23,081 bases of DNA, from contig JBDRKX010000011.1 in NCBI GenBank assembly GCA_043813605.1, positions 1 through 23,081 on the forward strand, given 5' to 3'. The notes under the pieces were generated by a model, which worked only from the letters and a program-made list of their open reading frames with translations, did not search any database and was not told the DNA's origin. The translations under genes were made by a program, and so were the position numbers. Positions within the stretch are counted from its first letter, which is position 1. The number at the start of each line of letters is the position of its first letter. Positions 1 to 8,019 of this stretch are shown in pieces. The stretch is from Elusimicrobiota bacterium. Lineage in GTDB: Bacteria; CG03; SLGR01; JBDRKX01.

Positions 1-10
1 TCAGCCTCCT

Positions 11-274
11 GTGATTCCTAAATGCAAGGTTTTTTGGGGGTACCTTGCGCTTTCCTTGCACTTATTCCTTATCTACATGTCAATATTATACTTTTTTGTC
101 GTCTATTATTCTATACCTTTTGCTTTTTTCCAGAGGCCCTACATATCGCAGTCTAATAAAGCTCTTGCACAGGAAAAATTTGAAGCGGCATCAAAACTTG
201 ATGCAGAAACTGAGCATTTTGATATCAGTGAGGACCTGAACAAGCTTAAAGAAAAGATCGCGAAATTACAGTAA
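11..274 (+). CDS. Small membrane protein, DUF2304-like; probably 5'-partial or degenerate
   Basis: Hydrophobic segment (LFLIYMSILYFFVVYYSI) followed by SNKALAQE and a charged coiled-coil-like tail, resembling DUF2304 C-termini seen next to GT2 genes. The frame is open from base 2, so the true start may lie outside the window. Confidence 0.4.
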   Translation: MIPKCKVFWGYLALSLHLFLIYMSILYFFVVYYSIPFAFFQRPYISQSNKALAQEKFEAASKLDAETEHFDISEDLNKLKEKIAKLQ

Positions 275-294
275 GTAGGGTTTTAAGACCAGAT

Positions 295-343
295 AACCAG
301 CCGGACGGTTGTTCAAAGAGACGACTGACCGGCTGGTTTTTTT
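295..343 (+). terminator. Rho-independent terminator between convergent genes
   Basis: AACCAGCCGGACGGTTGT (295-312) pairs with ACGACTGACCGGCTGGTT (321-338), with one mismatch and two G-U pairs, and is followed by a T run. It overlaps the 3' end of wzt. Confidence 0.65.
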
Positions 344-1092
344 GAATGTTCCTCTATGTCCTTAGAGTACAAATCAAGAGCTTCCGTCGGCAGGCCGTAA
401 AACTTCTGTTTACCGCCGCCAATATAAAGGACTTTACTTGTCAGATCCCGCAGCTCGCCATCCAGTCCCTGCGTAACAAAGAGTATGGTTTTCCCTTTAT
501 TAAGCATTTTTTTGAACGATTCAAGACATTTTATCTTAAAAGACTGATCCCCCACCGCCATAACCTCGTCCACCATGACTACCCCTTCAATAGTCTGCAT
601 TATCGTTGCGAAAGCCAGGCGCTGTCTCATACCGCTTGAGAATTCGCTCAGTTTCGCGCCCATAAAATCACGGAGCTCGGAAAACTCTATTATGTCAGGC
701 AGTATTTTATCCACCTTCTTACGCGACAATCCATGCAGGGCACCGTAAATATACACATTCTGTATGGCGGTAAACTTGGGATTGAAACCCAGCCCCAGTT
801 CAAATATTGTAGACACATTACCGCTAACCGTATATGAACCGGTTGTGGCTGTCATTATGCCGGAAAGGATCCTGAGCAGTGTCGTTTTCCCCGCCCCGTT
901 CGGCCCTATGATCCCGACCATTTCACCCTCTTTTACGCTTATATTAATATCTATCAAGGCCCATATCTTTTTCCTGGGAGTATCTCCGCTCAGTTTATAT
1001 CTCATAGTATTAAACAGCGTATGTTTCTCACTGCTCCCTATGGAAAACATTTTCGATACGGACTCTGTCTGTATAACATCCCGGGCGGTCAT
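313..1092 (-). CDS. wzt: Polysaccharide/teichoic-acid ABC exporter ATP-binding subunit (Wzt/TagH/KpsT family), without a C-terminal carbohydrate-binding domain
   Basis: Walker A GPNGAGKTT, family motif ELGLGFNPKFTA, signature FSSGMRQRLAFA, Walker B VMVDEVMAVGD. Only 259 aa. 4-bp overlap with the permease gene. Confidence 0.92.
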   Translation of the reverse strand: MTARDVIQTESVSKMFSIGSSEKHTLFNTMRYKLSGDTPRKKIWALIDINISVKEGEMVGIIGPNGAGKTTLLRILSGIMTATTGSYTVSGNVSTIFELGLGFNPKFTAIQNVYIYGALHGLSRKKVDKILPDIIEFSELRDFMGAKLSEFSSGMRQRLAFATIMQTIEGVVMVDEVMAVGDQSFKIKCLESFKKMLNKGKTILFVTQGLDGELRDLTSKVLYIGGGKQKFYGLPTEALDLYSKDIEEHSKKPAGQSSL

Positions 1093-1910
1093 ATCTTCTC
1101 CACAAAAAACCCTTCCTGTTTCTTAAAAAGAGCATATCCTATGACCATTATTACCGTGGACAGTATAAAGACATAGACCAGCCCCCCCATTTCAGGAACT
1201 TTGTTGTCTATAAGGATCTCTCTGCTTGCCTGGATTATTCGCGACATGGGATTAAGCATGATAATCTTTCTTTTTACCGGCTCGATCATATCCAGCGAAT
1301 AGAATATCGGAGTAAGGAAAAGGCCTACGTTGGTAAATATACCCCATATCCTGAAAATATCCAGAAAATAGATACCTATTACTGAAAGAATAAATGAAAC
1401 GCCCAGTACAAGATACACATTCAACGCAAGGATAGGTATCAGCCCTAAAACGGTCCACCCGAAATTTTCCCCTACCATAAGCCAGAATACCAGCAGTATA
1501 CAGAGTTCAAGCAGATGTGAAAAGAGCACTGCAAGCACAGAAGATACCACAAGCACGGATTTAGGAAAACTTATGCTTTTTATTAGAGCCGCATGGTCCC
1601 TGATGGTATTTATGGCGCTCATGGTAGCTGCACAGAAAAACCCCCACTGCACTATGCCTATTATCAGGTAAAGAGGAAAATTAGATATCTTCTGGCCCAT
1701 CCATTTTCGGAAAAGCCCGTACAGCACTAAAAAGTATATCAGAGGATAAAGAAGGGTCCACAGAAAACCCAGAAAAGTACCCTGGTCTTTCATGCGGAAC
1801 TCCGCTGCCGCCATTTCCCAAAGCATTATATAATAAGATTTTTCGAATATAAGCATTATTAATTTTGATGTATTATCATCAATTATATGTGAAATCGACT
1901 TTTTTTTCAA
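1089..1910 (-). CDS. wzm: ABC-2 type permease (Wzm/TagG/KpsM family)
   Basis: LGFLWTLLYPL, FLTPIFYS and LNPM motifs, about six TM segments, coupled to wzt. Start uncertain (TTG 1910 or ATG 1856). Confidence 0.9.
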   Translation of the reverse strand: MKKKSISHIIDDNTSKLIMLIFEKSYYIMLWEMAAAEFRMKDQGTFLGFLWTLLYPLIYFLVLYGLFRKWMGQKISNFPLYLIIGIVQWGFFCAATMSAINTIRDHAALIKSISFPKSVLVVSSVLAVLFSHLLELCILLVFWLMVGENFGWTVLGLIPILALNVYLVLGVSFILSVIGIYFLDIFRIWGIFTNVGLFLTPIFYSLDMIEPVKRKIIMLNPMSRIIQASREILIDNKVPEMGGLVYVFILSTVIMVIGYALFKKQEGFFVEKI

Positions 1911-1933
1911 ACCTCAAGTCCAACCTCAAGTCC
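1910..1933. repeat. 12-bp tandem duplication AACCTCAAGTCC x2
   Basis: Two exact copies at 1910-1921 and 1922-1933, at the putative wzm start. Confidence 0.8.
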
Positions 1934-2022
1934 AATAAATAAAAAAAACCACGGAACCGGCATAAATACCAGCCGATAAAAAGTCCTCCCTTCTTTACCT
2001 GTATATATGAGCATTTCTCTTC

Positions 2023-2051
2023 TTGACAACAACAAGACAATGGAATAGTAT
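2023..2051 (+). promoter_or_regulatory. Sigma70-type promoter for asnB
   Basis: TTGACA (2023-2028), 17-bp spacer, TAGTAT (2046-2051), 20 bp upstream of the ATG at 2072. Confidence 0.6.
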
Positions 2052-2071
2052 CTAATTTATAGAGTAATGCA

Positions 2072-3994
2072 ATGTGTGGAATAACCGGCATCATATCACT
2101 TAAAAAAGATCTCTCGGGAGAAGATACTTTCTGCCTTAAGAATATGACAGAAGTCCTGAGGCACAGGGGCCCGGACGACACAGGTTTCTTCCGATCTTCG
2201 AAATGCGCCATGGGAAACACCCGGCTGAAAATTATCGATCTTTCAGACAACGCCAATCTTCCCATGCCGAATGAAGACGGAAAAATACAAATAGCCTACA
2301 ACGGAGAAGTTACTAATTTCAGGGAACTCAAAGAAGAATACTCCCTGGAAAATAAACACAGGTTCAGATCTACATCTGATACCGAAGTCCTTATACATCT
2401 TTATGAAGAACTGGGTATCGACTTTGTAAACAAATTATCCGGCCAGTTCGCTTTTGCTATTTTTGACGATATACGGCAGAAGGTCTATGTCGTAAGGGAT
2501 TTTTACGGGATACGGCCGCTTTTTTACATGATAAAGAATGAGAAGATCTACTTCGCTTCCGAAATAAAATCCTTTCTCGAAATACCCGGGTTCAGAGACG
2601 CTATTGATATTGAAGGCATTTATCATTATTTCACCCTGGCATACATCCCCGGCAGAAGGACACCCTTTGAAGATGTCAGGGAACTGAGAAACTGTGAATT
2701 GATCGAAACGGATATTAGAAAAGGGACATTCAATATAAGAAAATACTACGACATAAAATATACGTCCGATACATCCATGAACCTTAAAGAGACTTCTTCA
2801 AAGGTATATGAGCTTCTGCTTGATTCGGTAAGACGCAATATGATATCGGATGTACCTGTCGGACTGACTTTTTCGGGAGGAGTAGATACCAGCTGCATCC
2901 TCGCTTTAACAAAAAAACTGGGGCTAAACAGAGAATTCCATACTTTTTCAATAAAGATGAATGAACCCAGTTTCGACGAATCATATTACCAGAGGCTTAT
3001 GGTCGAACACAGCCAGCCGATCCATCATGAGATAGAAGTCGACCCTGAAGATGTGCTCCGGGAGCTTGTAAGACATATGGTCTATATGGATGAGCCGAAT
3101 GGAGACGGGGCCGCTATACCGTTTTTTATCCTTGCCCGGGAAGCGAAAAAACATGTCTCAGTCCTGCTTTCAGGGGAAGGCGGGGATGAAGTTTTCAATG
3201 CGTATGAGACTCACGGGGCTTTTTACCTGCGCAATTACTACCGGAAGCTATTCCCGAAACCCGTGCGCAGTATTATAAAAACCCTGGCAAAAAAACTGCC
3301 GTCAAACTACAGCAAGCTGAGCCTCGATTTTCTGATGAAACGTTTTACAGAAGGCGCCGAACTGGGCGTGCCGGAATCCCACATATTCTGGAGGCATGTC
3401 CTTGCGGAAGATGAAAAGAAGATGCTTATGCCGCGCCATTCATCATATGACAGGACAGATTCTATCTTCAGGCAGGAATTCGACCGGCTGAAATTCGAGG
3501 AGGATCTGGATAAAATATCCTTTCTTGACATTAATTATTATTTTATTGATGATCTTCTTGTAAAGAACGACAGGATGGTCATGGCCCATTCGATAGAAGC
3601 CAGGTTCCCATTTATGGACAGGCTGCTGCTTGAATATGTCAGTAAAATACCCCCGGATATGAGAATACGCGGATTCGGATTTAACCGCAGGTATATAGAG
3701 AAAAAAGCCATGGCCGGCATCCTGCCGGAAGAGATACTCAAACGCAAAAACATGGGACTGGAAATGCCTCATTCAATATGGTTTCTGGATAAACTCGGCC
3801 CGGTTATAGAAAAATACTTCACAAGAGACAGGATTTCAGCTACAGGCATACTTGATTATAATGCAGTGATCTATTTCAGAAATATGCATATGTCCGGGAA
3901 GAAAGATTACGGCAGGGCTTTATGGTGTATCCTTATCTATCTTATCTGGTTCGATCTTTTTGTATACAGCAGGGATTATAAAAAATATCTATAG
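2072..3994 (+). CDS. asnB: Asparagine synthase (glutamine-hydrolysing) family amidotransferase, of the type found in glycan loci
   Basis: N-terminal MCGI (Ntn nucleophile Cys), HRGPD, YNGE, SDTEV, RDFYGIRPLFY, SGGVDTS PP-loop, LSGEGGDEVF, KNDRMVMAHSIEARFPFMD. Confidence 0.93.
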   Translation: MCGITGIISLKKDLSGEDTFCLKNMTEVLRHRGPDDTGFFRSSKCAMGNTRLKIIDLSDNANLPMPNEDGKIQIAYNGEVTNFRELKEEYSLENKHRFRSTSDTEVLIHLYEELGIDFVNKLSGQFAFAIFDDIRQKVYVVRDFYGIRPLFYMIKNEKIYFASEIKSFLEIPGFRDAIDIEGIYHYFTLAYIPGRRTPFEDVRELRNCELIETDIRKGTFNIRKYYDIKYTSDTSMNLKETSSKVYELLLDSVRRNMISDVPVGLTFSGGVDTSCILALTKKLGLNREFHTFSIKMNEPSFDESYYQRLMVEHSQPIHHEIEVDPEDVLRELVRHMVYMDEPNGDGAAIPFFILAREAKKHVSVLLSGEGGDEVFNAYETHGAFYLRNYYRKLFPKPVRSIIKTLAKKLPSNYSKLSLDFLMKRFTEGAELGVPESHIFWRHVLAEDEKKMLMPRHSSYDRTDSIFRQEFDRLKFEEDLDKISFLDINYYFIDDLLVKNDRMVMAHSIEARFPFMDRLLLEYVSKIPPDMRIRGFGFNRRYIEKKAMAGILPEEILKRKNMGLEMPHSIWFLDKLGPVIEKYFTRDRISATGILDYNAVIYFRNMHMSGKKDYGRALWCILIYLIWFDLFVYSRDYKKYL

Positions 3995-3998
3995 CCCG

Positions 3999-4640
3999 TT
4001 ATGAAGCGGACTGTTCCGTTATACTGTATACCCTGAATATCTCCTCGCCGACTTTGTTTCTGATAACCTTGAGTGTTTCAGCTTTTGCTTTTCCTTCAGC
4101 GATATATTCCTTCAGATACCCCGCCAGGATATTGGTTGGATGATATTCCACGTTATGCAAGACATATATTGTTTCTTTTGATCCCGAGAATATTCTGCCG
4201 AGCTTCTCCTTCATCTGTTCTTTTGTCAGATAGTCGGGTTTATCGTACTGAAAGACCCATACATATTGAGGATATAATCTGCCTTGTGATTCGATAAGGT
4301 CACCGGAACCGTTAGTGGATATGTGTATGGGATAATGTATATCCGAAACCAGCCTTATAACCTCATTGAAATCAGGGTAAATAAAGGGTTCACCGCCGGA
4401 GATCACCATACTTACCCTTCCACAGATACCATATATTCTCTGCCAGTGTTTTACCCATTGATCCGGTGACAGAATAACATTTCTTTTGGCATATTCTTTC
4501 CATTTACCATAAAAAACACAATATCTGCAGTCATAGTTACACGAATAGATCATGTTCCATTCGAACCTTATCTGGTCTACTATATGGAACATCTCTTTGT
4601 CAAAGTCCTTTGATTCCAGATAAAATCTATCTTTACCCAT
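3999..4640 (-). pseudogene. Truncated, chimeric radical SAM protein: rSAM N-half fused to an unrelated C-terminus
   Basis: Likely start is ATG 4640 (MGKDRF), 1 bp after the upstream stop. CNYDCRYC, ISGGEPF and ISTNGS are present, but the rSAM barrel stops there. The remaining ~95 aa have no rSAM or SPASM motifs and no Cys. Confidence 0.6.
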
Positions 4641-4641
4641 T

Positions 4642-5904
4642 TCAGCCTTTCCCTGCTTCGGGAATATCTCTATCCGGATCTCCCAGTAATTCAAGGATTT
4701 CAGCTCCTGTCTTGCCCCATTTCTCAACGAGATATCTATGGTCACTTCGTATGCTTTTATTCCGGAATCCGCTGAAATCGTTATAGAAAATAAAAGCCTC
4801 CTGATTGAGTATTATCCTCCTGCCTGCCTGCAGTATCCTGTAGCTCAGATCATAAAGAGCATACCCCAGCGTCCTGAACCTGGTGTCAAGATAACCTATC
4901 TGGCTGAAAAGATCCTTCTTGACAAGGAAGCTTGGTTCTCCTATAAAACTCCGGCGGCGCCATTCGGCAAAATTACCTATAAAATGCTTTTTTAGGAACT
5001 CCGCAAAATAATACTCTTCTTCGGGACAAGGTATCAGACTATTAGTCGCGCTTATAACACCGTGGTTTGAAATAGGAAGCACCATACAATTATCCGGATG
5101 ACTCTGCATACAGAAAACAAGTCTATTAATGAATCCGGCAGGTACAACAGTATTTTTCAGAAGTATTAAAATATAGTCTTTCCTGCTCTTTTTTATCAGT
5201 GAATTATAATCGGCTATAATATATTCTTCGTCCGAATAATTAATTTTACTTATATCGAGCATATCACCGCATTGTTTATCCGGCAGGATCCGTTTCTCCT
5301 CGCATAAGAATATGTCTTTTATATCTTCCCATTCTATCTTGGCGCTCTTTTCGGGAAAGACCACCACCTCCGCATTGGGGATATCTTTATTAAATACTGC
5401 CTGCTGGGCCTCGTCTTCTATTATAATTTTGTCGAAATAATTATATATAGGGACTTCTTTTTCCGCTGATATCCTGCTCTTTTCCAGTAAACTCACCTCT
5501 TTTGCCTGATCACTATTATGGGCGGAGAATTTCAATTCAAGTAAGTACTGAGAATGCCTGGCATCCATGATCAGTTTACTTTCCGGTGAATACATATATA
5601 TGAAAGAAAGATAATATTTAGCGGTATATATCGAATCAAACAATATCATTTCATAACCGATGCTCAAAAATTTCTTCATTTTAGCGTCAAAAGAGGCACC
5701 GTCTTTTTTGTCCTTCAGGCTGACTACTTTAACACCAAGGTCCCCTATCTTCCCTATTGTCCTTTTATCGACAAACAGGCTCTGAAAAGTAAGGAAATGC
5801 ACATCATACCTCTCGGCGAGGATTTTCATTATTGCCAGGTAATTCCCTGCCTTAATGCTCTTGTATTCCGGTATCCTTGACGAAAAGATAAGAATCTTTT
5901 TCAT
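4642..5904 (-). CDS. Glycosyltransferase-like hybrid (GT4-like N-terminal domain plus degenerate GT2 C-terminal half)
   Basis: The N-terminus parallels the GT4 at 10934-12004 (ILIFSSRIP..AG; KEVPIYNYFDKIII). The C-terminus parallels the GT2s (DYILIL, IGYLDTRF, DLSYRILQAG, LVEKW) but lacks the LNND and EDxD acidic motifs. Confidence 0.7.
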   Translation of the reverse strand: MKKILIFSSRIPEYKSIKAGNYLAIMKILAERYDVHFLTFQSLFVDKRTIGKIGDLGVKVVSLKDKKDGASFDAKMKKFLSIGYEMILFDSIYTAKYYLSFIYMYSPESKLIMDARHSQYLLELKFSAHNSDQAKEVSLLEKSRISAEKEVPIYNYFDKIIIEDEAQQAVFNKDIPNAEVVVFPEKSAKIEWEDIKDIFLCEEKRILPDKQCGDMLDISKINYSDEEYIIADYNSLIKKSRKDYILILLKNTVVPAGFINRLVFCMQSHPDNCMVLPISNHGVISATNSLIPCPEEEYYFAEFLKKHFIGNFAEWRRRSFIGEPSFLVKKDLFSQIGYLDTRFRTLGYALYDLSYRILQAGRRIILNQEAFIFYNDFSGFRNKSIRSDHRYLVEKWGKTGAEILELLGDPDRDIPEAGKG

Positions 5905-5907
5905 CTA

Positions 5908-6780
5908 TTATTCTCCTTCGGTATACTCTATTTCACGTGAACGGCAATAATCAACCCGGCACTTCGTTTCCCTTTCGAGCATTTCCAGATCATGTCTGAA
6001 AATATTGCCCAAAAGAGGCCCGGAGAGCTGACCGCATCTTAATATATCGCCATTTACTTTTACAGTAGCATAATTATAACCGGCTTTACACATTTTATCC
6101 AGAGATAATCCCGGATCAAGATCATTAATCTGCTCTTCGATCTTTTCGCGGCCGGTAACTACTAAATTCCGGTCAGATTGCTCAGGTGCCCATTCAGCTG
6201 TATACCTGTAATATAATTTCTGACCTTCAGTATAACCTTTGGGGTATTCTATTCCCCTGTGATTCCCCCAGAATACAGTTAATGCCATATCAATACCACT
6301 GGCCCTGAAATATTTTTTATAGCTGAGCATTTCCCTCAACTGCCCCGGATGTGCCAGATAACACACATCACATATGAAACCTTCTTTTCTTACGTCAATA
6401 ATGCGCCGGATAAACCTGTCTATCTCCATATATCGCGGATGATAAGTACAATTAAAGGATACTCTTTCAGGTGAAACGGCCTTTAGCAGGTCATTCACAG
6501 GATATGACAGGTTCGTAGTTATATGTAAAAAAGAATACTTGCTCAGGCTTTTAACAATTTCTACAAACCCCGGATATAGAAAAGGCTCACCTCCTGTGAT
6601 ATAAAGCATGAATTCACCGTATTTACCGAAGATATATTTCCATGCCGTGTCTATTTCCTCCGGTGACCTCGGTTTACCCTGCAGCTTTTCCATGTTTTCC
6701 CATCCCGACTGAGTAAAGAAACAGTATTCACACTTAAAATTACAGAAACAGCCTATATCCCAACTGAATGTTATTCTCAT
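5908..6780 (-). CDS. Radical SAM protein with a C-terminal Twitch (short SPASM) domain
   Basis: CNFKCEYC, ITGGEPF, ITTNLS; C-terminal CKAG...NGDILRC...LGNI...CRVDYC. Confidence 0.88.
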   Translation of the reverse strand: MRITFSWDIGCFCNFKCEYCFFTQSGWENMEKLQGKPRSPEEIDTAWKYIFGKYGEFMLYITGGEPFLYPGFVEIVKSLSKYSFLHITTNLSYPVNDLLKAVSPERVSFNCTYHPRYMEIDRFIRRIIDVRKEGFICDVCYLAHPGQLREMLSYKKYFRASGIDMALTVFWGNHRGIEYPKGYTEGQKLYYRYTAEWAPEQSDRNLVVTGREKIEEQINDLDPGLSLDKMCKAGYNYATVKVNGDILRCGQLSGPLLGNIFRHDLEMLERETKCRVDYCRSREIEYTEGE

Positions 6781-6915
6781 GTGATCAAGACAGGTACGGT
6801 TCTAATACGCACCTTCCCTCTTATATTCCGCATAGCAACAAATACTATAGCCAAACGGCGCTGCGTCATTCCGGCAGCCGCAAAACAGAATCAAATACAC
6901 CTTACTTTAATATGC

Positions 6916-8019
6916 TCAGGCAGCACATTTAACCCGGGCTATTATGTTATACTGATGTTTCTCATTGGTTTTTTCCAGTATTTCCAGTGCTGAAGAGGAC
7001 AATTCTGCCGCAAGCTGTGCCGAAGAAAACCGGTGAAAAACAAAATCCCCGTTAATAAGCGTATCTCCATAGGCGGGCCTGCGCCGGGAATTCCGCGCAA
7101 TCAAAGACCAGAATTTTCTTTTTACCCATATCATTACGGCCGGGAAAGACACTTTCTGCATTTCTATCCCGGAAAAAAGCACGTATCCTCCAGGACGGAC
7201 AGTATCTATTAATTTTTCTAAAAATTCCTTTCTGGTATTTTCATCTGATATCAGACTCAATATTCCGGAAATAAGTATTGCCGGGAACTTTTCTCCCGAA
7301 CCAAAAGACTCTATTTCAACAGAAGTTACTTCCAGTCCTCTTTTTGACAGAGAGAATGCTTCTTCTGACAATCCGTACCCAAAACCGATATCAGCTATAA
7401 CTCCCTTCCGGCCTATATCGTATTTTTCGGCAAAACCGCAAATTACAGCTGCATTTTTAGCGCTTTTTTCGTAATCTGCAGTCTTACTATAGGAATCCCA
7501 GTCAGGCATGATCTTTTCAGAAGAACAATATTCCGGGCCGGCTATACGGTAAAATATCTCCGGAAACCTCACTGCAAACTTCAGTAAATAATCCGCACGC
7601 AGTAATATCATAGAGCAGAAACGTATCATACCGCTCCTGATTCTGCCCGGAAACCCTTCAAGTATGACCTTTTTTTCTTTTCTTTCGATCCATTCAACAC
7701 GCCCGAGGACAGCTTCTCGCGCAACAAGAAAAAGATCAGATTTAAAATTATAATCTCCGGCAGTCCTGTAATACGACTCGCCCCTGTGCATTATACTGCC
7801 TTTTATTCTATGGGCAAGGAGTTTATCTTCTCTCCTGAATACGATAATATCTCCTGTTTTTAATTTGTGTTGAGGGATCTTTTTTACGGCAATACGGTCA
7901 CCGGGTAAGAGCAGATATTTCATGCTAACGCCTTTTACGGTGAATTTTCTTGTGTAGCCCCGGTCTAATGCCTGTTCTTCGAGTTTTTCAATAACCCTGC
8001 CCAGTTTCCCCTTATCCAT
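6916..8019 (-). CDS. S24/S26-family serine peptidase domain fused to a class I SAM methyltransferase-like domain
   Basis: N-terminal GVSM...PGD...GDIIVF...AHRI...TAGDYN..D...VLGRV (Ser/His signal-peptidase-like, no N-terminal TM anchor). C-terminal IADIGFGYG, VTSVEIE, TVRPGGYVLF. Confidence 0.8.
   Translation of the reverse strand: MDKGKLGRVIEKLEEQALDRGYTRKFTVKGVSMKYLLLPGDRIAVKKIPQHKLKTGDIIVFRREDKLLAHRIKGSIMHRGESYYRTAGDYNFKSDLFLVAREAVLGRVEWIERKEKKVILEGFPGRIRSGMIRFCSMILLRADYLLKFAVRFPEIFYRIAGPEYCSSEKIMPDWDSYSKTADYEKSAKNAAVICGFAEKYDIGRKGVIADIGFGYGLSEEAFSLSKRGLEVTSVEIESFGSGEKFPAILISGILSLISDENTRKEFLEKLIDTVRPGGYVLFSGIEMQKVSFPAVMIWVKRKFWSLIARNSRRRPAYGDTLINGDFVFHRFSSAQLAAELSSSALEILEKTNEKHQYNIIARVKCAA

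Noticed and set aside
1879..2265. 128-aa minus-strand ORF and other short antisense or alternate-frame ORFs (e.g. 346-639, 9473-9733, 10127-10819, 13932-14321, 21876-22103, 22170-22430)
   Set aside because: They are shadows of well-supported genes or span AT-rich promoter regions, and have no recognisable motifs.
4641..4745. N-terminal extension of the chimeric rSAM ORF (likewise 15402-15539 for the methyltransferase)
   Set aside because: Both extensions overlap upstream genes by over 100 bp; coupled starts at 4640 and 15540 fit better.
6781..6900. TAG read-through (pyrrolysine or recoding) extending the Twitch rSAM
   Set aside because: TAG is a normal stop elsewhere in the window (asnB, precursor), the extension has no recognisable domain, and there are no pyl genes.
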